From Alphaproteobacteria bacterium (GTDB lineage: Bacteria > Pseudomonadota > Alphaproteobacteria > UBA7985): a stretch of 64,000 bases of DNA. This document shows, piece by piece, positions 18,405 to 28,494 of this stretch. The position numbers and the translations under genes were made by a program. Each line of letters starts with the position of its first letter. Positions within the stretch are counted from its first letter, which is position 1. The stretch lies in NCBI GenBank assembly GCA_965228345.1, contig CBDDHH010000004.1:663133-727132 (forward strand), written 5' to 3'. The notes under the pieces are model-generated. The model ran no database searches. It worked only from the letters and a program-made list of their open reading frames with translations, and was not told the origin of the DNA.

Positions 18405-20989
18405 AGTTTCGTCGTGGCGGTGCGTTTGGCAGGAGGCTTGTTTGCGGTAGCTCGTTTTTTAGGGGCTTTCTTGGTCGCGCCTTTAGCCGCTCGGGCGATC
18501 AGCAAAGCGACCGCCTGATCGACGGACAGGGTCTCGGGATCTTGATCTTGCGGGATCGTGGCATTGACCTTGCCGTGCTTGACGTAGGGGCCGTAGCGCC
18601 CGCTGTGGCGCGTGATGGGTTTGCCGTCTTCAGGGTGCGTGCCGATCTCAACGCCCGCTGTGGCGGCACCACCGCGCTTTTCGCGCTGCGCGACGATCAG
18701 GTCAACGGCCCGGTTCAGACCCACGGTCAAAACGTCGTCGTCCTTGCCGAGCGAGGCGTAGGTGCTGCCCAACTTGACGTAGGGGCCAAAGCGCCCGAGG
18801 CCCGCGGTAATCGCCTCACCCTCATAGAGCCCAAGATCGCGGGGCAGGGCGAGCAGGTCGAGCGCCGCCGCCAGGTCCATGTCGCTCGCCGACATGCCTT
18901 TGGGCAGGCTGGTGCGCTTCGGCTTTTGCCTGTCCTCATAGTCACCAGGCGTGCCCAGTTGCACATACCAACCGTAGGGACCTTTTTTTAAGAACACGCC
19001 CAGGTGGGTTTTGGGGTCGATGCCCAGGGCTTCATCCCCGCCGCCGCCGGCGGTCAGTTCGCGATGGGCCACCTCGTCCATGACTTTTAATTCCGTGGTG
19101 ATTTTGCACTCGGGATAGTTGGAACAGCCGATAAACCCGCCGGTACGCCCCAGCTTGAGGCCGAGCCGCCCGGTCCCGCAGCCCGGGCAGGTCCGCAAGT
19201 CCGCCCCCGTCTCAGGGAAGAAATGGGGGCCGAGTTGACGGTCAAGCGTGTCGATGACTTCGGTAATGGTCAGCGATTTGGTGCCGTCGAGGGCGGTGGT
19301 GAAATCCTGCCAGAACCGGGACAGCAGGGTCTTCCAGTTGCCGCGCCCGCCTGAGACATCGTCCAGTTGCTGCTCCAGCTCCGCGGTAAAGTCGTAGCCG
19401 ACGTATTTTTCGAAAAAGTTGACCAAAAACGCGGTGACGACGCGCCCACGCTCGGCGGGGACGAAGCGCTTTTTGTCGAGGGCAACGTAAGCCCGGTTTT
19501 GCAAAACTTGAATGATGGAGGCGTAGGTGGACGGGCGGCCGATCCCCAGCTCCTCCATGGCCTTGACTAGGCTAGCTTCGGTGTAGCGAGGCGGTGGCGC
19601 GGTGAAGGATTCCTTGGCGTCGAGTTTTAGGAAATTCAACACCTGCCCTGGTGTTAACGAGGGCAGGGCTTGGGCCTCGTCGCCCTCGTCGCGGTCATCG
19701 TGCCCTTCCAAATACACCTTGATAAACCCGTCGAACGCCATGGTTTGGCCCGTGGCGCGGAATTGGGCGTCGGTGCCCGACAGGGCTATGTCGGCGGTGA
19801 CTTGATCGAAGACCGCGCTGGCCATTTGGCAGGCCATCATGCGTTGCCAGATCAGGCTATAGAGCTTGATCTGGTCGAGCGTCAGCAGGGTACGGATGGA
19901 CTCGGGCGTGCGTGCCGGGTCGGTGGGGCGAATCGCCTCGTGCGCTTCCTGGGCGTTCTTGGCTTTGGACTTATAAACTCGCGCCTGGTCGGGCACATAG
20001 TCTGCCCCGTAGGTGGCTTTGATATGGGATCGGGCTTGGCCGATGGCCTCACTGGAAAGTTGCAGGCCGTCGGTGCGCATATAGGTGATCAGGCCAACGG
20101 TCTCGCCCTTGATCGACACGCCCTCGTACAATTTTTGCGCGACCGACATAGTATGGGCGTTGGAAAAGCCCAACTTGCGCGAGGCCTCTTGTTGCAAGGT
20201 CGAGGTGGTAAAGGGCGGGGCCGGATGGCGTTGGGCTTGTTTTTTCTCCACCATGGTCACGTTGTAGGTGCCGCCGCTGGCGATTTTGGCCTGGATGGCC
20301 TCGGCGCGCGCGCGTGTGCCCACGCTCATTTTTTGCAGCTTTTGGCCGTCGATATGGATCAGGCGCGCGGTCAGGGGGCTGCCCTTGGCATCCAGATGCG
20401 CGGCGAAGGACCAATAGGCCTCGGGTTTAAAAACTTCGATTTCAGCTTCGCGCTCGCAAATTAGCCGCAGCGCGACCGATTGCACGCGCCCCGCCGAACG
20501 GGAGCCGGGCAGCTTGCGCCACAGGACGGGCGACAGGTTAAAGCCTACCAAGTAGTCGAGCGCCCGCCGCGCCAAATAGGCCTCGACCAGGGGGGTATTG
20601 ACGTCGCGGGGCTCGTCGAAGGCAGCGAGAACGGCGCGCTTGGTGATTTCGTTGAAGACCACGCGGCGCACGGGCTTGTCCTTTAAGGCGCAGCGGCGAC
20701 GCATCTCTTGTTCTATGTGCCACGATATGGCTTCGCCTTCACGATCCGGGTCGGTCGCAAGGACCAAGCCATCGGCGGTCTCGAGCGCCGCAGCGATGTC
20801 CTTGAGGCGCTTGTCGGCGCCGCCCTGAACTTCCCACTTCAGGGCAAAATCATCGTCGGGGTCGACGGAACCGTCCTTGGGCGGCAGATCCCGGACATGC
20901 CCGTAGGAGGCGAGGACGGTAAAGTCCTTGCCGAGGTACTTGTTGATGGTTTTGGCCTTGGCAGGAGATTCGACAACGACGACGTGCAT
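18401..20989 (-). CDS. topA: DNA topoisomerase I
   Basis: MHVVVVESPAKAKTINKYLGKDFTVLASYGHVRDLP (Toprim) and C4 zinc ribbon motifs. 862 aa. Confidence 0.95.
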   Translation of the reverse strand: MHVVVVESPAKAKTINKYLGKDFTVLASYGHVRDLPPKDGSVDPDDDFALKWEVQGGADKRLKDIAAALETADGLVLATDPDREGEAISWHIEQEMRRRCALKDKPVRRVVFNEITKRAVLAAFDEPRDVNTPLVEAYLARRALDYLVGFNLSPVLWRKLPGSRSAGRVQSVALRLICEREAEIEVFKPEAYWSFAAHLDAKGSPLTARLIHIDGQKLQKMSVGTRARAEAIQAKIASGGTYNVTMVEKKQAQRHPAPPFTTSTLQQEASRKLGFSNAHTMSVAQKLYEGVSIKGETVGLITYMRTDGLQLSSEAIGQARSHIKATYGADYVPDQARVYKSKAKNAQEAHEAIRPTDPARTPESIRTLLTLDQIKLYSLIWQRMMACQMASAVFDQVTADIALSGTDAQFRATGQTMAFDGFIKVYLEGHDDRDEGDEAQALPSLTPGQVLNFLKLDAKESFTAPPPRYTEASLVKAMEELGIGRPSTYASIIQVLQNRAYVALDKKRFVPAERGRVVTAFLVNFFEKYVGYDFTAELEQQLDDVSGGRGNWKTLLSRFWQDFTTALDGTKSLTITEVIDTLDRQLGPHFFPETGADLRTCPGCGTGRLGLKLGRTGGFIGCSNYPECKITTELKVMDEVAHRELTAGGGGDEALGIDPKTHLGVFLKKGPYGWYVQLGTPGDYEDRQKPKRTSLPKGMSASDMDLAAALDLLALPRDLGLYEGEAITAGLGRFGPYVKLGSTYASLGKDDDVLTVGLNRAVDLIVAQREKRGGAATAGVEIGTHPEDGKPITRHSGRYGPYVKHGKVNATIPQDQDPETLSVDQAVALLIARAAKGATKKAPKKRATANKPPAKRTATTKL

Positions 20990-21020
20990 GGCGCCCTAAA
21001 TCGAGATTTCTAAGGGGAAT

Positions 21021-22157
21021 TCAAGGGGCCAGGGCAATCAAACCGCCGGGGTGACGGACGATCTCGCCCCTGACTTCCAGGTCCGCCAGGACGGCCTGGA
21101 TCGCCGCGGCGGTCCCAGTGCAGGCGTCGGTCAAGGCCTCCAGGCTGATCGGGTCGACGCTAAGCGCCTCCTTGATTTGGGCGCTGAGAAGCGCCTCGCT
21201 CGCATCGTCTGCGGGGGTCTCCCCCAGGTCCTTTGTGGCTTGGGACGCAGGGTCGCGGGAAGTCTTGGGGGCAGGCTCAAGGGGTACGCCATGCGCGGCG
21301 GTGAGCATGCGCAGGCCGTCGATCAAGTCATGGCGATTGCCGATCAGCGTCGCCCCCTGACGAATCAGCCGATTGGTGCCGTCGGCGCGCCCTTCGAGCG
21401 GTGAGCCCGGTATCGCCATGACCTCGCGCCCTTGCTCCCCCGCCAGCCGCGCGGTGATCAAGCTGCCCGAGCGGTCGCTGGCCTCGACCACCAAGGTGCC
21501 GTAGGACAGGCCCGACACCAGTCGATTGCGCAGGGGAAATAGTCTGGCGCTCGTCGGCATGCCAAGGGGTTGTTCGCTCAGGATCAGTCCGTCCGTGGCA
21601 ATTTGGCGATGCAGGTCGGCGTTTTCGCGGGGGTAAACAACGTCCAAACCGCCCGCGACAACGGCGATGGTGCCGGTGGGCAGGGCTGCGGTGTGCGCCG
21701 CGGCGTCGATGCCGCGCGCCAGGCCGCTGACGACGACGAAGCCGGCCTCGCCCAGGGTTTGGGCATAGGTGCGCGCCAGCGATTTGCCGTTGAGGGAGGC
21801 GTTGCGCGCGCCGACCACGGCCAGGCACGGGCGCTGCATCAAGGCCGTGTTGCCCAGAGCTGCGATCAGCGGCGGGCAGTCGGGGATCTGGCGCAACAAG
21901 GCGGGGAACTCGGGTGCGTCGGCGAACAGGAACCGCCCGCCCAAGCGATTGAGCGCCTCGATCTCGCAGATCACCTGGCCCCGGCCCGGGATGGCAAGGT
22001 GTTGCAGACCACGGGCGCGCCGATGCTCGGACACCTGGGCGAGCGCCGCTTGCGCAGTGCCAAAATGTGCCAGCAAATCGGCGTAGGTGGCGGTGCCAAT
22101 GCGCGGCGTGCGCCATAGCCGTAAACGGGCAATTTTTTCTTCCCGGTCGGCGATCAT
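21021..22157 (-). CDS. dprA: DNA processing protein DprA (Smf)
   Basis: Start at MIADREEK... (378 aa) inside a longer read-through ORF. Rossmann-like core LAVVGARNASLNGKSLARTYAQTLGEAGFVVVSGLARGIDAAAH. ATGA overlap with plsY. Confidence 0.85.
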   Translation of the reverse strand: MIADREEKIARLRLWRTPRIGTATYADLLAHFGTAQAALAQVSEHRRARGLQHLAIPGRGQVICEIEALNRLGGRFLFADAPEFPALLRQIPDCPPLIAALGNTALMQRPCLAVVGARNASLNGKSLARTYAQTLGEAGFVVVSGLARGIDAAAHTAALPTGTIAVVAGGLDVVYPRENADLHRQIATDGLILSEQPLGMPTSARLFPLRNRLVSGLSYGTLVVEASDRSGSLITARLAGEQGREVMAIPGSPLEGRADGTNRLIRQGATLIGNRHDLIDGLRMLTAAHGVPLEPAPKTSRDPASQATKDLGETPADDASEALLSAQIKEALSVDPISLEALTDACTGTAAAIQAVLADLEVRGEIVRHPGGLIALAP

Positions 22158-22762
22158 CGCACGCCAATCAGCGGCTCGGTGCCCGCCAGCAAGCGCCTTA
22201 GGTTGCCGGCGTGACGAACCCAAATGAGGGCGCTCACCGCGACCATGAACGCCGTCAAGATGGGGTCGGAGCGCACGAGCAGCGGCGCGGCAAAACTGGC
22301 GCTGAGCGCGGCCAGGGAGGAGCGTCGCCAAACCACTGCCACCACCAGCCAAGCCAGGGCGACGGCGAGCCCGTGCGCGAGCCCCAGGGCCGCCCAAACC
22401 CCGATGAAGCAGGACACCGCTTTGCCGCCGCGAAACGTGAGCCACATGGGAAAGCAATGACCCAAACAGACGCTCAAGGCCATGAGGCCGGGCCACCAGG
22501 GCTCTGTCGGCAACCCAGCGAGCTCCAGCCGGGTCAGGGTAAGGATCGGCAGGGCCGCCTTGCCCACGTCCAGGGCCAGGGTGGCGGCGGCCAGGGTTCT
22601 GTTGCCCGTGCGCAACACATTGGTGGCACCGATGTTGCCCGACCCTAGACGGCGCAGGTCCTGCCCGTCGAAGGCCTGCGTCAGCAAGAGGCCAAAGGGA
22701 ATCGACCCGATCAAGTAAGCGATTGAGGCCAAGAGCGCGCTGGCGAGAATGACCTCGGGCAT
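22154..22762 (-). CDS. plsY: Glycerol-3-phosphate acyltransferase PlsY
   Basis: MPEVILASALLASIAYLIGSIPFGLLLTQAFDGQDLRRLGSGNIGATNVLRTGN is a hallmark PlsY N-terminus. 202 aa. Confidence 0.9.
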   Translation of the reverse strand: MPEVILASALLASIAYLIGSIPFGLLLTQAFDGQDLRRLGSGNIGATNVLRTGNRTLAAATLALDVGKAALPILTLTRLELAGLPTEPWWPGLMALSVCLGHCFPMWLTFRGGKAVSCFIGVWAALGLAHGLAVALAWLVVAVVWRRSSLAALSASFAAPLLVRSDPILTAFMVAVSALIWVRHAGNLRRLLAGTEPLIGVR

Positions 22763-22829
22763 CAGCGCCGTTCGTGCCCATTGTGAATCGGTTGCATGGC
22801 GCGACTCCTTCCCGTGGTGCGATGGATCC

Positions 22830-24146
22830 TCAAGTCGACCCGACGGGGGGGCTGCGGTCGGCGGGCCGTGCTGCGAAGACTTGGCGCCCATCGACCCAGG
22901 TCGCCAGAACCTGCCCTTGGGCGGGGAATTTTTCATAGGGGGTGTTGTGGGCGCGACTGCTCAAGGTTTCGCGGTCGATCAGGACGGGCGCATGGGGGTC
23001 GAATAGGACCAGATCAGCGGGGGCGCCTTCGGCCAGGGTGCCGCCGGGCAAGCCAAACACCTGTGCGGGCCGGGTGGTCAGGCGGTGCAAAAGGGCCGGC
23101 AAACTCATCAGATCGCGATGCACCAGCGTCAGCGATAGGGGCAAGAGGGTTTCCAGGCCAACGATCCCTGGGCTGGTCTCGCCGAAGGGCAGACGCTTGT
23201 TGTCGGCATCGACGGGGCGATGGTCGGAGGCGATGAGGTCGATTTGCCCGCTGGCGACGGCCTCGGCGATGGCCTTGCGGTCGTCTTCGGCGCGCAGGGG
23301 TGGCTGCGTGCGCGCAAACGTCCGATAGCCGTCGACAGCTTGTTCATTGAGCAAGAAGTAGTGCGGCGCGGTCACGGCGCTGCGGCCGTCGAGCATATGG
23401 ACGGATGACTTGAGCGAAACCAGGCCCGCCACGTAGGTTGCCCCCGTCGCCTCGGCGAGACTGAGGTCCCGCTGCAGCATGAGGGTCTCGGCCAAAGGAC
23501 TTTGGCCCTGAAGGCCGAGCGCTAGGGCGCGCTGGCCCGCGTTCATCAGGCCCGCGGAAAAGGCCGCGTCCAGCGGCACATTGACAAAGGGCACAGCCTG
23601 CCCACCCATGTAGGTCATGGCCTGGTGCAGCAGGCGGGCGCTCTGGATCGCCACCGCGCCGTCGGTGAAGGCGACCGCGCCCTCGGCGGCTAAGCGTCGC
23701 AACTCTGCCAAAGCTTCGCCCTGGCATCCGACCGAGAGCGCGCCCATAAGCGCGAGGCGCGCCAGGCCTGCGGCCTTGGCGCGTTCGCGCAAGTAGGCAA
23801 GCGCCGACCGCCGATCGACCACGGGCTGAGTATTGGGCAGGCCGATCAGGGTCGTGACGCCGCCGCGTACCGCGCCGGCGAGGGTTTCCTCCAGTGTTTC
23901 GAGGTGTGTCGCCCCAGGGTCGGACAGATGAACGCGGCTGTCGATCAAGCCCGGTGCCAAGACGTGACCCTGCGCGTCGAGCTGGGCGTCGGGCGGGGCG
24001 TACTTAGCGCTTCCACGGGCTTGACCCGTGGCGAGGTGCGGCCCGAGGGAGGCGATGCGCCCGCCGGCGAGGTGCACGCCGCCGCGTTCGTCGCGACCCG
24101 TGGCGGGGTCGATCAGGCGCGCGTTGAAAATGGTCAAGCGCGACAT
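22830..24146 (-). CDS. pyrC: Dihydroorotase
   Basis: MSRLTIFNARLIDP...APGLIDSRVHLSDPG metal-binding motif. Amidohydrolase fold. Adjacent to pyrB. Confidence 0.85.
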   Translation of the reverse strand: MSRLTIFNARLIDPATGRDERGGVHLAGGRIASLGPHLATGQARGSAKYAPPDAQLDAQGHVLAPGLIDSRVHLSDPGATHLETLEETLAGAVRGGVTTLIGLPNTQPVVDRRSALAYLRERAKAAGLARLALMGALSVGCQGEALAELRRLAAEGAVAFTDGAVAIQSARLLHQAMTYMGGQAVPFVNVPLDAAFSAGLMNAGQRALALGLQGQSPLAETLMLQRDLSLAEATGATYVAGLVSLKSSVHMLDGRSAVTAPHYFLLNEQAVDGYRTFARTQPPLRAEDDRKAIAEAVASGQIDLIASDHRPVDADNKRLPFGETSPGIVGLETLLPLSLTLVHRDLMSLPALLHRLTTRPAQVFGLPGGTLAEGAPADLVLFDPHAPVLIDRETLSSRAHNTPYEKFPAQGQVLATWVDGRQVFAARPADRSPPVGST

Positions 24147-24225
24147 GGCAAAAACCAGCTATAGAAAATCCCAAGTCGAACCGGCCTGAGGCGCCTCTGC
24201 GCAAATACCAACGGCACGACGAACA

Positions 24226-25227
24226 TTAGGGAATTCTGATCAGCGTTTCGGGGTGGGTGCGGGCAGCGTTCATGAGGTCAAAGACGGCCATACGCACGGC
24301 GACGCCCATTTCGACCTGCTCACGAATCTTGGACGTGTCGGCGAGGTCGGCCACATCGCTGGCGATTTCGACGCCCCGGTTCATAGGGCCGGGGTGCATG
24401 ACCAGCGCCCCCTCGGCCGCGAGGGCCAGGCGCAGGCGATTGAGGCCGAAGAAGTCAAAGAATTCGCGGTCGGAAGAGATGAGGTTGGCGCCCATCCGTT
24501 CCTTTTGAACCCGCAACATCATGAGGGCATGGGCCCCAGCAATGCCCGTTTCCATGTCGTGATGCACCTCGGCCCCCAGGGCAGCGAAAGTGCTGGGTAC
24601 GAGGCTGGGCGGGCCGACGAACCGGACCCGCGCGCCCATGGTGGTCAGGAGGTGCAGATTGGACCGGGCAACGCGCGAGTGGGCGATGTCGCCGCAGATA
24701 GCGACGATCAGTCCGTTCAGGCGTCCAAAATGGCGCTTGAGCGTCAGGGCGTCGAGCAGGCCTTGGGTAGGGTGTTCGTGCGCGCCGTCGCCGGCGTTCA
24801 AGATCGAACTGCCGACCTTGCGCGCCAGCAACAGCGGCGCCCCCGCTTGGCTATGGCGCACGACGATGAAATCGGGGCGCATGGCCTCGAGTGTGTAGGC
24901 GGTGTCGAGCAGGGATTCGCCCTTGCTCTGGCTCGAAGTCATGACGTCCATGTTGACCACATCGGCGCCCAGGCGCGCCGCCGCAACTTCAAAGCTGGCG
25001 CGGGTGCGGGTGGAATTTTCAAAAAACACGTTCATGACGGTTTTGCCTTCGAGCAGGGCCGAGGATTTGACGCTTTGGCGGCCAAAATCGACGTAGGCGT
25101 TGGCAGTTTCTAGAACGTGAGCGATCTCGCCCGCGTTGAAGTCGGCTAAGGCCAGCAGGTCTTTGCGATGCCAATGCCGCCCAACGGTGGTGGCGGGGAA
25201 GGCGGCGCGGGGGTCGCCTGCGCTCAT
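24226..25227 (-). CDS. pyrB: Aspartate carbamoyltransferase catalytic subunit
   Basis: Start at MSAGDPRA... (333 aa). NVFFENSTRTRASFEVAA (carbamoyl-phosphate binding STRTR) and HPTQGLLD motifs. ATGA overlap with ruvX. Confidence 0.9.
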   Translation of the reverse strand: MSAGDPRAAFPATTVGRHWHRKDLLALADFNAGEIAHVLETANAYVDFGRQSVKSSALLEGKTVMNVFFENSTRTRASFEVAAARLGADVVNMDVMTSSQSKGESLLDTAYTLEAMRPDFIVVRHSQAGAPLLLARKVGSSILNAGDGAHEHPTQGLLDALTLKRHFGRLNGLIVAICGDIAHSRVARSNLHLLTTMGARVRFVGPPSLVPSTFAALGAEVHHDMETGIAGAHALMMLRVQKERMGANLISSDREFFDFFGLNRLRLALAAEGALVMHPGPMNRGVEIASDVADLADTSKIREQVEMGVAVRMAVFDLMNAARTHPETLIRIP

Positions 25228-25742
25228 GCCTCGTCGAGCTCGTCTGCAGTCGCGAGCGCTGCCTCCCGTGCGCGGCCCAGGGCTTCCAGGGCCGCGCTCA
25301 GGATGAAAGCCGCCGCCACCTTGTCCTCCAGGGCTGCGCGGCGGGCGCGCGACAGGTCCATCTCGCCCTCCAGCACTCGGTTGGCTTGCTGGCTGGTCAG
25401 GCGTTCGTCCCACAGCAATAGCGGCAGCGCCAGACCGTCGGTGCGGTGCAAGTTGCGCGCAAAGGCTTCGGTCGCTTGGGTTCGGCTGTTTTTGCCGCCA
25501 TTGAGGGAGAGGGGGTAGCCTAGGACGATGAAGCCGACTTCGTGCTCACTAATTAGGGCGCGCAAGACTTGGGCATCGGCGGCGAAGGTCCGGCGGCGGC
25601 GCAAAACTTTGTGCGGCATGGCGGTCAGTTGCAACTTGTCGGAGAGGGCAGTGCCGATCCACTTGGCGCCCAAATCGATCCCGAGGATCCGCTGGTAGGA
25701 GGGAACTTGGCGGGGTGGGGGAAGATCCTGATAAATGGGCAT
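25224..25742 (-). CDS. ruvX: Holliday junction resolvase-like protein RuvX/YqgF
   Basis: ILGIDLGAKWIGTALSD...VGFIVLGYPLSLNG matches YqgF/RuvX. Confidence 0.8.
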   Translation of the reverse strand: MPIYQDLPPPRQVPSYQRILGIDLGAKWIGTALSDKLQLTAMPHKVLRRRRTFAADAQVLRALISEHEVGFIVLGYPLSLNGGKNSRTQATEAFARNLHRTDGLALPLLLWDERLTSQQANRVLEGEMDLSRARRAALEDKVAAAFILSAALEALGRAREAALATADELDEA

Positions 25743-25807
25743 TAAAGTCTCGCCCTAGCGACCTTGCCCCTTGTCCGCAAGCTGGCCTGGGGATAGAGCC
25801 GCTGGCC

Positions 25808-26086
25808 ATGACGATTGATGTGCCCAAGGTGGCGAATTTGGCGCGCTTGGCCCTGCCAGCAGAGCGAGTACCAGCCTTAGAGGCGGAGTTGAGCAGCATT
25901 TTGCGGTTTGTTGAGCAACTGTCCGAGGTGGATACGCAGGGCGTGGAGCCCATGACCTCGGTCGTGGCCATGACCCAGCGTTTGCGCCCCGATGTGGTGC
26001 ACGAGGGCGATCAGGCCGCGCAGGTCTTGGCCAATGCGCCCGATCGCGTGGCCGACTTCTTCGCCGTGCCCAAGGTCGTGGAATAG
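25808..26086 (+). CDS. gatC: Asp-tRNA(Asn)/Glu-tRNA(Gln) amidotransferase subunit C
   Basis: MTIDVPKVANLARLALPAERVPALEAELSSILRFVEQLSEVDTQGVEPM is the GatC pattern. Directly upstream of gatA. Confidence 0.85.
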   Translation: MTIDVPKVANLARLALPAERVPALEAELSSILRFVEQLSEVDTQGVEPMTSVVAMTQRLRPDVVHEGDQAAQVLANAPDRVADFFAVPKVVE

Positions 26087-26095
26087 GGACTTCGC

Positions 26096-27571
26096 ATGTC
26101 GGCGCTTCTAAAATTATCCTTGTCGCAAGCGGCGGCCAAACTGCAGGCGCGGGAGGTCAGCGCGTCCGAGCTGGCACAGGCGGCGCTGACCGCCAGCCAA
26201 GACATGGATAACGGTGCCTTTGTAACGCCAACACCCGACTTGGCGCAGGCCATGGCGGCGGCGGCCGACGCCCGCCTGGCCAAAGGCGAGGCAGGGGTGA
26301 TTGAGGGCGTGCCGCTGGGCATCAAGGACCTTTTTGCGACCCAAGGTGTCAAGACGACATGCGGCTCGCGCATCTTGGAAAATTTCGTGCCGCCGTACGA
26401 ATCGACCGTAACGCAAAACCTCCGCGATCAGGGTGCCGTGTTTGTCGGTAAGCTCAATATGGACGAATTTGCCATGGGTTCGGCGAATCTGAACCCAACC
26501 TTCGGCCCCGTGACCAACCCCTGGCGCGGCGCCGACGGCAAGCCCCTGGTTCCGGGCGGATCCTCGGGCGGGTCGGCGGCGGCGGTTGCGGCGGGCCAGG
26601 TCTTGGGGGCCACGGCGACGGACACGGGCGGGTCGATTCGCCAACCTGCGGCCTTTTGCGGTGTGACGGGCCTGAAGCCGACCTACGGTCGCTGCTCGCG
26701 CTACGGCATCATCGCCTTCGCCAGTTCCTTGGACCAAGCCGGGCCAATCGCCCGCACCGTGGCCGACACGGCTTTGTTGCTCCAGGCCATGGCCGGGCAC
26801 GACCCTAAGGATTCGACCTCGGTCGATCACCCGGTCCCCGACTACGCCGCGCAGCTCGGCGGGTCGATCAAGGGCAAGAAGATCGGTGTCCCCGGGGAGT
26901 ACGTGGTCGCGGGCATGTCGGCAGAGATTTCGGCGCTCTGGGACCAGGGAAGGCAATGGTTGGCAGCGGCGGGCGCGCATCTAATCGACATGAACTTGCC
27001 CCACACCAAGTACGCCTTGCCGTGCTACTACATCATCGCCCCAGCCGAGGCGTCGTCGAACCTGTCCCGCTACGATGGCGTGCGCTACGGCCTGCGGGTC
27101 GATCCACCTGCAGACTCCGACGACAAGTTGCACGACATGTACCGCGCGACCCGCGCGGCAGGTTTCGGCGATGAGGTTCAGCGCCGCATCATGATCGGGG
27201 CCTATGTGCTTTCGGCAGGGTTTTATGATGCATACTACAATCAGGCGCGCAAGGTACGCACCTTGATCGCGCGCGACTTCGAACGGGCGTTCGCGGACGG
27301 GATCGATGCTATCCTAACGCCGACAACCCCCAGTCCCGCCTTCGCCATCGGCGACGAACCGAGCGACCCGGTGGAAATGTACCTGAACGATGTGTTCACG
27401 GTCCCCACGTCGATGGCAGGTTTGCCCGGTATCTCGGTGCCGGCGGGCTTGTCCAGCGATGGCAAGCCCTTAGGTCTGCAATTGATCGGCCAACCCTTCC
27501 AGGAAGGCGCACTTATGAATATAGCACAAAAACTTGAAGAAGCCGCCGCCTTCCCCTTTCTGGGGACCTGA
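26096..27571 (+). CDS. gatA: Glu-tRNA(Gln) amidotransferase subunit A
   Basis: Amidase signature [14 protein letters not shown] and ...[20 protein letters not shown]. 491 aa. Confidence 0.9.
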   Translation: MSALLKLSLSQAAAKLQAREVSASELAQAALTASQDMDNGAFVTPTPDLAQAMAAAADARLAKGEAGVIEGVPLGIKDLFATQGVKTTCGSRILENFVPPYESTVTQNLRDQGAVFVGKLNMDEFAMGSANLNPTFGPVTNPWRGADGKPLVPGGSSGGSAAAVAAGQVLGATATDTGGSIRQPAAFCGVTGLKPTYGRCSRYGIIAFASSLDQAGPIARTVADTALLLQAMAGHDPKDSTSVDHPVPDYAAQLGGSIKGKKIGVPGEYVVAGMSAEISALWDQGRQWLAAAGAHLIDMNLPHTKYALPCYYIIAPAEASSNLSRYDGVRYGLRVDPPADSDDKLHDMYRATRAAGFGDEVQRRIMIGAYVLSAGFYDAYYNQARKVRTLIARDFERAFADGIDAILTPTTPSPAFAIGDEPSDPVEMYLNDVFTVPTSMAGLPGISVPAGLSSDGKPLGLQLIGQPFQEGALMNIAQKLEEAAAFPFLGT

Positions 27572-27600
27572 GCAAGCCTCCGTCAAAACTATTGCAGGTA

Positions 27601-27634
27601 TAAAAAAAAGACCCGCAATCGCGGGCCTTTCCTT
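27601..27634. terminator. Putative intrinsic terminator (possibly bidirectional) after gatA
   Basis: A-run, GACCCGCAATCGCGGGCC stem-loop, then TTTCCTT. Confidence 0.4.
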
Positions 27635-27661
27635 ACGTGCCAAAGAACGCCGTGAGTCCTT

Positions 27662-27887
27662 ATACCAACTCCGCTAAAAATTGACATTTTTAGCGGAGTT
27701 TTGTCTCACGGCAGAAACGCGTTGCGTTTCGGCTTTTGGGGTTGCGGTCTCACCTCGCTCGCTCAGCCCGACCGCGCCTTCGCTTATACCCCGAGGCGCT
27801 TTCTTAGCTCATCTCGGGGCCGCTACGGGGCCGCAGTCGCGGCCCTATACCAGTTCATAAAGAGTCTGTTTTAAGGAGAACTGGTAT
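27662..27887 (+). mobile_element. MITE copy R5 (variant with CTCGCTCGCTCAGCC segment and alternate terminal hairpin)
   Basis: CTTATACCAACTCCGCTAAAAATTGACATTTTTAGCGGAG...ATACCAGTTCATAAAGAGTCTGTTTTAAGGAGAACTGGTATTAG. Confidence 0.75.
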
Positions 27888-27897
27888 TAGACTTAAC

Positions 27898-28077
27898 CTA
27901 GAGGAACGCGCTGCCGTTTTTGCGGTTGCCGTTGCGGACGGCGCTCCAGATGTCCCCGCGCCCAATGCCCAGATCGTTCAACTCACGGTCGGAAAGCGTT
28001 TGCAATTCACGAGCAGCGCGGGCGTAACCTGCGTTCTCTGCCCAGTTGGTGTATGCGGTGCGTACAGCTTTGATCAT
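27898..28077 (-). CDS. DUF1127 domain-containing small protein
   Basis: Reverse translation MIKAVRTAYTNWAENAGYARAARELQTLSDRELNDLGIGRGDIWSAVRNGNRKNGSAFL contains the LSDRELNDLGI.R.DI signature of DUF1127. Confidence 0.7.
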   Translation of the reverse strand: MIKAVRTAYTNWAENAGYARAARELQTLSDRELNDLGIGRGDIWSAVRNGNRKNGSAFL

Positions 28078-28494
28078 TTTCTAGTCCTTTCATCTGCTCG
28101 TACACCCCTGGTCTTCAGGGGAAGAGGCGGCAGGGCCATGCTTGGGAGGAGATCTTCACCAAGGGTTGGGAGGAGGAGTTTGGTGAAGGGCCCCGCCGTT
28201 CTCTTGAAAAAAGATTTAGGGAGATGGTGGCAGAATTACCAATGCAAAAAATGCAAGGCAAGCCCCACCAAAGTGCAACTTGGCTCTCATTGATGCAATA
28301 TTCGCACAAACAACGAACCTTTCAGGAGAAAGGACCATTCTTTTATTACTTGCACAAACTGCAAGCCTTTCGTCTCCTAGTGTTGAGTGGGCATCTGCCG
28401 TGTCGCGACCTTCTCATTTGGGAGGCGCTGCGCTATGGAAACCTAGGGTTCGAGGGCCCTGGCAGTGTTTTGGGACCAAAAATTAGGAAGCAAC

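Noticed and set aside
21021-22781. 586-aa ORF on the minus strand
   Set aside because: Only the C-terminal 378 aa (from MIADREEK) is DprA. The N-terminal extension reads through the plsY gene in another frame and has a low-complexity Arg/Gly/Pro composition typical of GC-rich spurious ORFs.
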